The translations under genes were made by a program, and so were the position numbers. The notes under the pieces were generated by a model. The model was not told where the DNA came from. It saw only the letters and a list, made by a program, of their open reading frames with translations, and did not search any database. A stretch of DNA of 25,062 nucleotides from a virus (taxonomy: Duplodnaviria > Caudoviricetes), in IMG/VR virus record IMGVR_UViG_3300008009_000037, positions 1 to 25,062 of that record, one strand, 5' to 3'. Shown piece after piece: positions 15,701 to 24,042 of this stretch; position 1 is the first letter of the stretch, and each line of letters begins with the position of its first letter.

Positions 15701-18700
15701 TAGAAGGTGTATTAGAAGATTTAGACTTCTTAACTTCCCTCGCATAGTAATCCGATACACTCTGTTTGATGTCACCACCACCAGGGATGTTACCTGCTTC
15801 AATCAATCGAGCTGCATCAGCGGCCTCAAGCTGATCTTTAAAGTGGGCCTCTACAATACCATTAACTAAAAGGTTAAACTCTTTAGTCTTACTATCAAGT
15901 TTAACCTCTGTATGAGGAATTTCCTCTACAGGTCTTGGCTTAGGTGCTGGCTTCCGTTGATTTTTAATAGGTGCCAACCATTTAGTATCGAAGGCATCAA
16001 TAATCTTCTGTATAGAAATAGGGGATAAGAATTTAGCATGATTAGAGGATAACCACTTATCAAGTATAACCCTAGATCCTATATAATCTAATTTTTCAGT
16101 CTCAAGAACTCTCTTAATACCAGCAAGTTGCTTTATAGTATCTATATCTATTTCTCTGGGGGTCCAATCTTTACTCGGGTTTTGTTTCTTTCCTTCTTGT
16201 CTCCCAATCTGGGGAGATTTATTACCTTTTTCTGCTTCAAGTTTTTCAATGTATGCTTTAGCTTGAGCTACTCTAGTAAAAATCTTATTATAATCAGTAC
16301 CTTTGTAGCTAACTGCTAAAGTTGTTTTACTTATCTGATGAATCTCATAATCACCCCAAGTAATACTTAAGTTACCTTTAGCAACAGAAGTTCCTTTAGC
16401 CTGGTTCCAATCTGATCCTTCTACTTCCTTAAGAAAAGCATCAGCCATCCTCTTAGCAGTTTCAAGACTAACTTCTCTTTCATCCCTATTAACAAAAACT
16501 CCATCTTTAAAAATAGCTAAAGAGTATAGGGACTTCTTCTTATCTTGACGAACAAAGAAGATAGTAAACTTGGTAGTAGAATTTTTAGTATCCCCATAGA
16601 TAAAGTTATATCTACCCTCTTCTCTCTGAGTTTCTTTATCACCTACCCACCTTATTGAACTACCTTTTATTGGCTTAGATTTATTAGATACTTCCTTAGC
16701 CTTAGTGGATAAGAATTGCATATGTTCAGCAGCCTGAGCTGCGTTCATAAAGGCTGGATCTACTGGCTCTTCATTATCAAAGATCTCATCTGAGTCTAGA
16801 TTTGCTTCCTCTCCTAGCTCATCAATAGTTACACCTGTTGGAAGGTTTCCAATAGCCGCTTGTAACTCGGCTTTCTTAAGAAGTTCATTTTTCTCAGCTT
16901 GTTCTTCCTTTCTCTCCTTCTCCTGTCTCTCAGCATCCTTAGCTTTCTTATTAGCAAGTTCATCTGCCTCTACTTCAGCTTTTCCAAATTTAAGTTTAGC
17001 ATACTCCTTATAATCTTTCTCTGTAAAGTTCTCAACACCTTTTTCTTCAAGAATTTGCATATGAGTCTTCTTAACTTTGACTGGAGCAGTATTAGTCACT
17101 TCAGTCAGGGGAGAGAGAAGTCTCTTATGTCTAAGTTGTTCAGCAGGAGTAAGACCTTTAGGGGTTAAAAGTTTCTTATTAAGTCTTATAAGTTCTTTAG
17201 CTTGAGCTGGGGTATGTTTTACCTTAGGAGTGGGAAGAGCACCAAACTCCTCTTTAATAAAAGCTTCCTCTTCTGCTTTGCCTACTTCAACAGTAGGAGC
17301 TACTGGAGTCTTAGGTGTTCCATATCCAGGGATTTGAGCTAAAGCAAGACGAGTATTAATTCTTTCTCGTCTTATATCTTGAGCACTCCTAGGGGATATC
17401 TTACCACTCGCAACATCGTTATCTATTGAGAGGTTTACTTCTCGAATAATTTTAGCACCAATCTTTTTCTGTTTATTAGTAAGGGAGGGCATCCTTTTAG
17501 ATGCGGTAGGTTTAACAGGAGCAGGAGTTTTAATTGCTGGAGTCTCTACAATCAGATGTGAAACACCCTTAGGGGTCTCTTCAACAGTAGAGATTGCTTT
17601 AACAGTAGGGGCTAGAGTAGTCCTCGTATCAGTTGTGGATACAGGTGCCTCTAGAAAGCTGCCTTCTGCCCCTAGAAAGGATTCTGGAGCAACTAAGGTA
17701 GTAGGAATTGTCTCCCTCTCAAGAGGCCTTCTAGCCCCCTTATAAGAAGGTTTAGGGGTAAGAGGAAGAATACCGGCTGTCTCACTTGTAAGTCCTACGT
17801 TAGATTCAAACTCATCAGCTATAGATATAGGAGTGGTAGGAGCTATTGTATCCTTCTTCATCCTAAGTTGGTTCTCAATAGCTTGTACATTCTCAGGAGT
17901 TATGTCAGTAGATAAAGCTATTTCAGTGTTAAGCTCATCAGACTGTCTCTTCTTAACAGTCCCAATAATATATTGACCTTCAATTAGCTTAGCATGAATA
18001 CCACGGAGTTGTTCTTGGATGTTCTCGTCTGAAAGAGTTTCATCTGCTATTGAGGTAATAAGATTATTAAGTCTTATACCTTCTTCAGAGTTTGGGACTA
18101 TATCAGCTTCTACACTAAGAGAGTGAAGCTTATCTATCGCGTCAATCTTTAAGTTGGTAAGAGTGTTAATAGCTTCTTTAAGATTAACCTTAGATCCTTT
18201 ATTATCAATAGGAGTTTTAGTATTCTTATTTCTTACATATAATCTAGCAGATTCTTCTTGAGCTATACGAAGAGACTCTTCAGGAGTTACATAAACTGGA
18301 CCAGCAACCATAGTACCAGCAAAACCCTTAACTGCATTATGGTTCTTTATATCTTCCTGGGTAACAATAGGGATCTCAGGAGCATTAGCCTTCATTGTGT
18401 CATAATTAGCAGCCATATCAACAAAGTTCTCATCAATGTTGAACTGGCTACCACGAGCAATAGTGATCTTAGAATAAGTATCCCAAGCTTTAGCTACCTT
18501 AGGATCTTGCTCCTTTAGATTTTTGAAGATAATACCAGAAGCTCTCTGCTGAAGATCCTTGTCCCCAGACTGTAAAGCCTTGAGGAGATTATTCTTCTGA
18601 GAAATCTCATACTTAGTAGTAGCAGCACCAAATCCAACAGTCATAAAGATCGTGGGGATAACAGTCTTAAGAGACTCTTCAAGCATAGAGAGTTTCTCGC

Positions 18701-19445
18701 CCTCTGCATTACTCTTATTAGATACAAAGGTCTGCCCCATAGACTGACCTATCTCTGTAGTCTGTTCCTTCAGATAAGTCTTTCCTACAGTGGTAGCAAG
18801 CTTCTTAGCTGGAGTCTTCAAGATCATAGCGGCAGTTTCGATCAAAGGCTTTTTGAAAATCTTAGCCATTGGTCCAAAACCAATAAGATCACTTAGAGCT
18901 TCACCAACACCTTCAATTGTACCATGCTTAAGAGCTATAGAATGTGCTAAGTCTTCAGCGGTTCCCTTCTTGATCTCTTGCTCATAGGTCTGTTGATAGT
19001 CTGCCGAGCCCATAACACCTAGAGAGGATACTATAGCTCCAATAATACCAGTGACGGGATTAATACCACCACCAACAGCAGAACCTACCCCAAAGCCTAT
19101 AGCAGCAGCCCCAAGAGATGGACCCATAGCTTCAAAGGCAGCAGGGATAGAACCAAGAGGCGTGTCCTTAAGCCAACCTTGTCCAAGTGCTTCATCAAGA
19201 TCAGGTTTGAAGGCATTAAACTCTCGTAATTTGGCCACAGTTTTCTCAGTTGAATCATTCATACCCCAAGCTTCTAGAGCTGACTCAAAGGATTCACCAA
19301 GAGATATAGCCGCACGACCTGTTAATGATCCTACATTTTTAAGCAAACCTTTACGATAGTAAGGCGCTGCATCTAATTCATTAGTAGATGTCTTCTGTGG
19401 TTGGTCAGTATAGTACTCATTATAGTAGTCATCAACAGACTTCAT
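12768..19445 (-). CDS. Giant internal virion/ejection protein (2225 aa), polyvalent, with zincin domain
   Basis: Gly/Ala-rich hydrophobic N-region, Pro/Thr/Lys linker, HELVH (15447-15461) plus DEFMA, helical C-terminal domain; position after other ejection-type genes. Confidence 0.75.
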   Translation of the reverse strand: MKSVDDYYNEYYTDQPQKTSTNELDAAPYYRKGLLKNVGSLTGRAAISLGESFESALEAWGMNDSTEKTVAKLREFNAFKPDLDEALGQGWLKDTPLGSIPAAFEAMGPSLGAAAIGFGVGSAVGGGINPVTGIIGAIVSSLGVMGSADYQQTYEQEIKKGTAEDLAHSIALKHGTIEGVGEALSDLIGFGPMAKIFKKPLIETAAMILKTPAKKLATTVGKTYLKEQTTEIGQSMGQTFVSNKSNAEGEKLSMLEESLKTVIPTIFMTVGFGAATTKYEISQKNNLLKALQSGDKDLQQRASGIIFKNLKEQDPKVAKAWDTYSKITIARGSQFNIDENFVDMAANYDTMKANAPEIPIVTQEDIKNHNAVKGFAGTMVAGPVYVTPEESLRIAQEESARLYVRNKNTKTPIDNKGSKVNLKEAINTLTNLKIDAIDKLHSLSVEADIVPNSEEGIRLNNLITSIADETLSDENIQEQLRGIHAKLIEGQYIIGTVKKRQSDELNTEIALSTDITPENVQAIENQLRMKKDTIAPTTPISIADEFESNVGLTSETAGILPLTPKPSYKGARRPLERETIPTTLVAPESFLGAEGSFLEAPVSTTDTRTTLAPTVKAISTVEETPKGVSHLIVETPAIKTPAPVKPTASKRMPSLTNKQKKIGAKIIREVNLSIDNDVASGKISPRSAQDIRRERINTRLALAQIPGYGTPKTPVAPTVEVGKAEEEAFIKEEFGALPTPKVKHTPAQAKELIRLNKKLLTPKGLTPAEQLRHKRLLSPLTEVTNTAPVKVKKTHMQILEEKGVENFTEKDYKEYAKLKFGKAEVEADELANKKAKDAERQEKERKEEQAEKNELLKKAELQAAIGNLPTGVTIDELGEEANLDSDEIFDNEEPVDPAFMNAAQAAEHMQFLSTKAKEVSNKSKPIKGSSIRWVGDKETQREEGRYNFIYGDTKNSTTKFTIFFVRQDKKKSLYSLAIFKDGVFVNRDEREVSLETAKRMADAFLKEVEGSDWNQAKGTSVAKGNLSITWGDYEIHQISKTTLAVSYKGTDYNKIFTRVAQAKAYIEKLEAEKGNKSPQIGRQEGKKQNPSKDWTPREIDIDTIKQLAGIKRVLETEKLDYIGSRVILDKWLSSNHAKFLSPISIQKIIDAFDTKWLAPIKNQRKPAPKPRPVEEIPHTEVKLDSKTKEFNLLVNGIVEAHFKDQLEAADAARLIEAGNIPGGGDIKQSVSDYYAREVKKSKSSNTPSIIIEDVKAPTIGTEVNASDLVTTLTKSKNPIVKMMAQIIKKYAKGLSDINVRYNTKVIQSYYDSASNTIILTNNTTEKQVHELVHAITYNQVMANPKLKAKMKNLMDKFSEEVKRLENEGGYINVVEMVGGVETTNRTVITPGVEYALSNLDEFMAQSISDKDVQAILKGMKLKYTGKSFIKNFWDGFKDVVREALGISTIKWNGLTQMMDLIAEASTKEVTPTQRLAGKLYTQAVNEGKSSAQAVDKIAEEPSSGETLKILMAGHPSFTTKEGALKLGKRLLNDSKKVIESGFMVASERLRRLSNNKYFKLMRWHNTQIQLNMKEHINLVTPFLDKVRGLSVEDQVLLQYNISNPSKFHYAEAIMKKNGMMKEWLRVKEVLDSLEKRAINVGIISNTLENYFPRTVKDYPGLMKWFKKRAEVDTLMELELKTAEKAIKRGNQALSPEEKQKIIVDYLSKGHFSRIPNPRASKLRTVEVLHPEMMQFYDSISDAIMNHLFDMNDKIQSWETVGATNLSKRINLMKDIRRLENKVKTNPENKELETQLMEQISLLEDSKLVVEDGLAQMLQQDLKIDDIEREEIGKVFKARFNQRGTKGAVQTLNNIGLLMTLGSPLSAITQLGDQAFNIYKHGGANAIGGMMKAWSTGEKISDYFDFNTPLKEYSHKASTVWLDRALSITQLKRLDIFGKESFLQASNSKYQKMTLEEFKRDWGSDTNFTDSIENVWKAFNEKRLTRDGLYILYSDLADYQPTDLSETSTGFQGAGDARIFWMLKSFAIKAVNNIVRETSDLWRSDKFSDKAKAVKNFFYLTMLLSLASAGADEIKDIVLGRDKAMSDHVVDNFYQLFLMSRYNVEKGVQRGNLIQSIAGGMIPPVRYIDDAIEDTFNFLTGEDIAFKTIRNAPIGGRIIYDRLMTGGKRDEYTRRRKSIMTKIANGERPFREIKKFNSKAKSLGLDLITSSTFSRIKSRLKKEGKK

Positions 19446-19460
19446 ATTGTGTTATCCCAA

Positions 19461-19871
19461 TTAGATAAGGTTAAGTCCTTCCATAATAACTTCATCAGAT
19501 GGAACCCACTTACTCCCGTTCTCTTGAGTAATCATACCTTTGATAATCTTAGAAAGCTGAGTAAGATCTTTCATATTAAGCAATTCATTCTTATAGAAGC
19601 CAGAGCTTTTCTCGACTGTATTGATGTAAGCTACTTGGTCATCTACGGCTGAATCGGTCCATCGTTTAATAATAGAAGAGATAGTATTAAGTTTATAAAT
19701 CTTCTGATAGTTCTGAATAAGTTTACCCATGGCTCTTACACCATAGGCCATAGTCACGAAGGTAACAAATATAGGGTCAAGTTGTTCTAATGCCATCCCT
19801 TTCCAAGGAGAGCTACCAAGTTTCTTAATGTTACCTGGATTGTTATTTCTAATTCCTCTTGGAATGTTCAT
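19461..19871 (-). CDS. Lysozyme-like virion or lysis protein (RNNNPGNI family)
   Basis: PRGIRNNNPGNI, F..F.....GVRA, TI..II.RW, AYI..V, MI.QENG. Confidence 0.8.
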   Translation of the reverse strand: MNIPRGIRNNNPGNIKKLGSSPWKGMALEQLDPIFVTFVTMAYGVRAMGKLIQNYQKIYKLNTISSIIKRWTDSAVDDQVAYINTVEKSSGFYKNELLNMKDLTQLSKIIKGMITQENGSKWVPSDEVIMEGLNLI

Positions 19872-19881
19872 AATTCAATCC

Positions 19882-20979
19882 TTATTTCTTAGGTTTGGTA
19901 AAGTCTAAATCTTTACCACTAGCGAAGAAGTTTGGGTGTCTTTGGGTGAAATCAATATAGTGTGTAAAAGCATTATTAAACTCTTGAATAATAAGTGGAT
20001 TGTATCCCTTATCTGGATCAAACCCCCCCTCAATTCTCTGAAGGAGCCCTGGTTTTTTATCCTTACTTATTTTAGCTCCAGGAAATCTCTCTTTAATCCG
20101 GTCAATACCTATCTGATAAGTTTTAGTACCCGGTTTAGTTAGACCAGCAAGAACTTTAATAGCAGAGTCAGCATCAGGAGTTTCATCAATCTTAGATAAT
20201 AGTTGAGCTAGTCCAGCTTTCTGTAACGCTTTAGATCCTAGGATCTCTTTTTCAAAGTGCTTACGGAGAGATAACATCTTCTCTTCCTCATATCCCCTAG
20301 CTGCTTCTGCCTCGCTACCAAACTTTTTAATATACTCTCCTCGAACCTCTTCCTCCTCCTCATTCCACTGGCCCTTAACAGCACGGAGAGCTGCAATACT
20401 CTCTTCAGGGGTTATCCCAGGATTAAGGGTTCTAATAGCAAGTTCAGACTTAACATTACTAATATGTTTTTGAATGTTTTCAGGAGTAACTTCCACACCT
20501 GCTGCTATTAGAGAGGATGTAGCTGAGTCAGCAATAAGGTTATTAATAGCCTCATCCTTCAGAGTAAACTCATACTTAGCTAAAGCTTTCTGTCCAGATA
20601 ATAGGCTGCGAGAATGCGCGGAGTTAATCTTGATCTGAGAAGCTTCTATTTCTTTCCTTACAGTAGCAGCTACTATATCTCGTTCAATCTCATGAGTATT
20701 TGCACGAGTCTCAGTCTCCTTAAGGCGAGTATACTCACGGTCCTCTCCAGCGATAGTTCTTGTTTCTTGTCTCTTTGCTGCTATTTCTCCAAGTTCAGCC
20801 TGCTTTTCATAGCCAAGCATAACTGATTTACGATTGTACCTAGCTATGTCTTGTTGTCTGAGAGCTTCTGCTTCCGTTCTCTCTTTATCCCAATGTACTT
20901 TAGCTAGAGCACCAAAAGTATCAGCACCAGCTTGACCTATACCTTTAAATAGATTACCCAATAAGCCCTGGCTTCCCAT
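19882..20979 (-). CDS. Putative internal virion (ejection) protein (365 aa)
   Basis: ATG 20979 has RBS GGAGG; Gly-rich amphipathic N-terminus followed by charged helices. Confidence 0.6.
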   Translation of the reverse strand: MGSQGLLGNLFKGIGQAGADTFGALAKVHWDKERTEAEALRQQDIARYNRKSVMLGYEKQAELGEIAAKRQETRTIAGEDREYTRLKETETRANTHEIERDIVAATVRKEIEASQIKINSAHSRSLLSGQKALAKYEFTLKDEAINNLIADSATSSLIAAGVEVTPENIQKHISNVKSELAIRTLNPGITPEESIAALRAVKGQWNEEEEEVRGEYIKKFGSEAEAARGYEEEKMLSLRKHFEKEILGSKALQKAGLAQLLSKIDETPDADSAIKVLAGLTKPGTKTYQIGIDRIKERFPGAKISKDKKPGLLQRIEGGFDPDKGYNPLIIQEFNNAFTHYIDFTQRHPNFFASGKDLDFTKPKK

Positions 20980-21601
20980 TTGGTTCCCCCCCTCCAGTCG
21001 CATTATCAGAACTATCATTATAGCTCATTGCAGTTTCATGTATGGATTTCATACTATCACCTATTTGTATTTTCTGATCTTCGGAGAGTTGATTCATCCC
21101 TTGAGATAACTGCTGTTGAAGAACTTTAGGATCTACCCTACCTGCATCAATCTCTCCTTTCATATAATCCTGAATTGACACAGCGAGAGCAGTATTCTTA
21201 TCCTCATCGGACATCTTAGGTAAAGCTTTAGAGAGTTCACCAATCTCAATTATTTGTCCTACTAACTCAATGGCCCCTAGAAGCTTTACAGCATCATGCA
21301 CCTCTTGACCAGCAGCCCTACTAGCTGAGTCAATCCTCTGCACTATAGGCACAAGAGCATCTGATACACCTTGAGCTGGATTAGAAGAAGATCTAAGTAC
21401 AGAGACAACTTGATCTCTTGTGTCTTCTGAGTGGAGAAGTTGCATCCCCTTACTCACAAACTGGTTAAGGTCAGCTTTCATCTTAGGAGCATTTTTAGCC
21501 CCAAGAAGATTGAATATTGGATTCTCTTCCTCAACCTCTTGAGTAGGTGGCAAAGGTTTAGCTAACATCCCTTGTGGTTTTACTTCCTGTGGTATAGGCA
21601 T
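20954..21601 (-). CDS. Hypothetical virion-associated helical protein (215 aa)
   Basis: RBS AAGGA; lies within the ejection-protein cluster. Confidence 0.6.
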   Translation of the reverse strand: MPIPQEVKPQGMLAKPLPPTQEVEEENPIFNLLGAKNAPKMKADLNQFVSKGMQLLHSEDTRDQVVSVLRSSSNPAQGVSDALVPIVQRIDSASRAAGQEVHDAVKLLGAIELVGQIIEIGELSKALPKMSDEDKNTALAVSIQDYMKGEIDAGRVDPKVLQQQLSQGMNQLSEDQKIQIGDSMKSIHETAMSYNDSSDNATGGGEPNGKPGLIG

Positions 21602-21616
21602 ATAGTGATCCTTTTC

Positions 21617-22300
21617 TTAAGCTCTTAAGAGAGAGGGAGCAGCTTGTTGAGTTGCTTGCTGCTGTTGAGTTATAATAGGTTTAGGAGTTGCCTCAGCAGT
21701 AGCTATCTTATAAGTCTCCTGAGTAGACAAAGGTTGACGTACTGTAGCTACTGGGACACCTGCATTAACTCCTTTAGTTGCTGCGGCTTCATCAGCAATA
21801 CGAGCTTGTTCTTTAGCTGCTGCATTTTCTGCCACTGCTCCACCAATTTGACCCACCATAGCAGATGCACCTTGACCTAGTAGAATCTTGTCGGTAGTTG
21901 TCAAACCATTTAGAAGTCCAGGAGAAGTAGTTACTACTGGTGGTGCTACACCTGGGATAGTCGTAGCACCACCTGCCATAGCTGTAGAGGGGGTAGCTGC
22001 GAATGCTTGCGCCTCTGGTGTAAGGGTAGGAAGATTAGCAGTTCCTGTAAAAGTAGGGGCAACAGTATTAGCAACTGTTGAAGTAGCAGAAGGTACTCCA
22101 ACACCAACGGCACTTAGGCCCCAACTAGCTAACCCACCAACAGCAGCACCAAGTAAAGTCCCCTTTAGTATATTACTACCAGATACAGCAGAGACTATGC
22201 CCCCGACTACAGCTCCTACTGCTAACCCACCAGCTACCATTGCTGCTGTAGTTCCTGCGGTAGCTCCAAAAGCTACACCTACTGCGCCTATAAACGCCAT
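21617..22300 (-). CDS. Putative membrane-penetrating ejection protein (T7 gp14 / P22 gp7-like)
   Basis: Long Gly/Ala hydrophobic N-terminal segments; directly follows the GNAT-like gene, as in podovirus late operons. Confidence 0.6.
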   Translation of the reverse strand: MAFIGAVGVAFGATAGTTAAMVAGGLAVGAVVGGIVSAVSGSNILKGTLLGAAVGGLASWGLSAVGVGVPSATSTVANTVAPTFTGTANLPTLTPEAQAFAATPSTAMAGGATTIPGVAPPVVTTSPGLLNGLTTTDKILLGQGASAMVGQIGGAVAENAAAKEQARIADEAAATKGVNAGVPVATVRQPLSTQETYKIATAEATPKPIITQQQQATQQAAPSLLRA

Positions 22301-22749
22301 TATTTCTCCTCCCTATCTATATCATATCCCATGATTATTTGATCATACATTATATTCTCCTTCATGAAAGACTTTTTTATCCTTCCCTCAATCTCCATTC
22401 CAAACTGAGAGAGTAGAAGAATACAATGCTTATGAAATTCAGGTATAAATCCTACAACCTTTTTAATCTCTGTATTGTCTATCACATATTTTAGAAGAGG
22501 CTCTTTAACTTTAAGTAAGCTCCCTCTAGCTTTCTTATCTACAACGATATGACATTGACTCGTGTAAGAATTAAAAGGATGAAAGAAAAAGAAGGCTCCC
22601 TCTATTGGCTCAAGTATCATGTGACCAGGAGAGGAGAGAAAGTAAAGTACTGTCCCTCTAATTGAATATCCGGGCTTATCAGTTACATCTGACTCATAAG
22701 TACTTAAGAGTTCTACTATTCTTGGGAGATCATCTATTGAGCATCTCAT
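22300..22749 (-). CDS. GNAT-fold protein (virion assembly module)
   Basis: CHIVVDKKARG and FGMEIEGRIKKSF....YDQIIMG are RimJ-like motifs; ATG 22749 gives an ATGA overlap with the upstream gene. Confidence 0.75.
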   Translation of the reverse strand: MRCSIDDLPRIVELLSTYESDVTDKPGYSIRGTVLYFLSSPGHMILEPIEGAFFFFHPFNSYTSQCHIVVDKKARGSLLKVKEPLLKYVIDNTEIKKVVGFIPEFHKHCILLLSQFGMEIEGRIKKSFMKENIMYDQIIMGYDIDREEK

Positions 22750-23636
22750 TTCCAATTTATCACATTCCATCGGAACTGTGGTTTATTATAAATAGCTGCC
22801 ACTAACTTAGTCTTTTCTCGCTGTACTGTCTCAATATTATTAAGAGCAGTAGCCTTCTGAGCTGGACTCATCTCCCTGTTAGCTTGTATCTCAGCTACAG
22901 AGGCAGAATAGTTAGACATAATACCATCTACGATACTCCCGTAGTTATCATTCTCTTTTTGAGATAGTTGGAGATTAGTTACTATAAGATCCTGAGCTAA
23001 ACTCCGATCCTTAAATAACTCAGCAGCCTTATTAGCTCTAGTAGCCTCTGCTTCCCTAACCATAGCAGATCTTCGAACTTCAGTTTCACCTACTTGAGCT
23101 GCTCTATTTTGTTCCTTAAGTTGAGAGTACTGAATCTGTTGTTGAGCTTGCTCTCTTTGAGCCATAGCTTGTTGTTCAGCTTTAGTCAAAGCCCCCGCAT
23201 TTCTAGCTTGTAGGAGTGAAAGCTCTTGAGCTGATCTAGCCTGTTGCTGGTTGAGTCCCAAGTTCTGAGTATATCTATTAGCATCTACATCTAAATTCTG
23301 GCGGAACTCTGCATCTTGTTTAGCTATAGGAAGAGCTGCATCAATAGCGGCCCTATTACCTGCACCTACTGCCATGCTAGATGAGAGGAGACCAAGCTGG
23401 TTAGCTCTTTCATTGGCCCTATTGATATTAGCTTTAATGTAAGGACTCTCAGAACCTAAGAGAGTAGCCAACTGTTGAGACACACTAGACTCAGGAGATA
23501 CTTTAACTGGTCCTGTATCATAGTTCTGGAGTACAGAAGATACAGGAGTTACAGGAGGAAGATCAGAGATAGTGGCTCCCTGAATCATTGGGGCGGGTGG
23601 AGCTTTGTATAAATTATTTGTGTTCAATAGAGCCAT
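22746..23636 (-). CDS. Putative internal virion or tail-associated protein (296 aa)
   Basis: GLLSSSMAVGAG..AAIDAALPIA.QDA segment and Gln-rich coiled coil. Confidence 0.6.
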   Translation of the reverse strand: MALLNTNNLYKAPPAPMIQGATISDLPPVTPVSSVLQNYDTGPVKVSPESSVSQQLATLLGSESPYIKANINRANERANQLGLLSSSMAVGAGNRAAIDAALPIAKQDAEFRQNLDVDANRYTQNLGLNQQQARSAQELSLLQARNAGALTKAEQQAMAQREQAQQQIQYSQLKEQNRAAQVGETEVRRSAMVREAEATRANKAAELFKDRSLAQDLIVTNLQLSQKENDNYGSIVDGIMSNYSASVAEIQANREMSPAQKATALNNIETVQREKTKLVAAIYNKPQFRWNVINWK

Positions 23637-23646
23637 TGTCTATCTC

Positions 23647-24042
23647 CTACTTCTTAGTATCAAACTTATATTTGAGAGTGATTGCGTTGTACTCTTCTAC
23701 TTTACCTGCGAGATCTATCGGATGCCAGCACCTATGCTCTGCACCAGCATAAATGCCTCCGTGAATATCAACTTCAACACCAATTCCATAATCAACAGAG
23801 GCAGGATGGCCGGTCATAAAGTTAAACTTATCAACCCTGGTTTCGATGTTTATCCATGGTCGAAGGCACCACACTTCCTGGCCAACCGTCACACCTGCTA
23901 TGCCTCTTGCTATTTCGGTGTCTGGTGCTGTTATTTTATTCCCATCAAGCAGGGAGAAGTAAACCTCGCCATCAACCGCAAAAGCCGGAGTTGCTAAAAG
24001 TATGACAATTACAAACAACTTAACTAACTTAATTAATAGCAT
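23647..24042 (-). CDS. Exported beta-stranded, outer-membrane-barrel-like protein (131 aa)
   Basis: ATG 24042 gives the signal peptide MLLIKLVKLFVIVILLATPAFA; alternating strands (GIAGVTVGQ, YGIGVEV, IYAGAEH) and near-terminal LKYKF. Confidence 0.55.
   Translation of the reverse strand: MLLIKLVKLFVIVILLATPAFAVDGEVYFSLLDGNKITAPDTEIARGIAGVTVGQEVWCLRPWINIETRVDKFNFMTGHPASVDYGIGVEVDIHGGIYAGAEHRCWHPIDLAGKVEEYNAITLKYKFDTKK

Noticed and set aside
21888-22334. 148-aa + strand ORF and other antisense ORFs (e.g. 19051-19359, 23605-23997, 8977-9291, 5290-5595)
   Set aside because: They are shadows of well-supported genes on the opposite strand, with no RBS or motifs.
22300-22749. GNAT as a toxin or DNA-modifying enzyme
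   Set aside because: Its position just before the ejection proteins matches the ordinary podovirus assembly-gene slot, and no antitoxin partner is evident.
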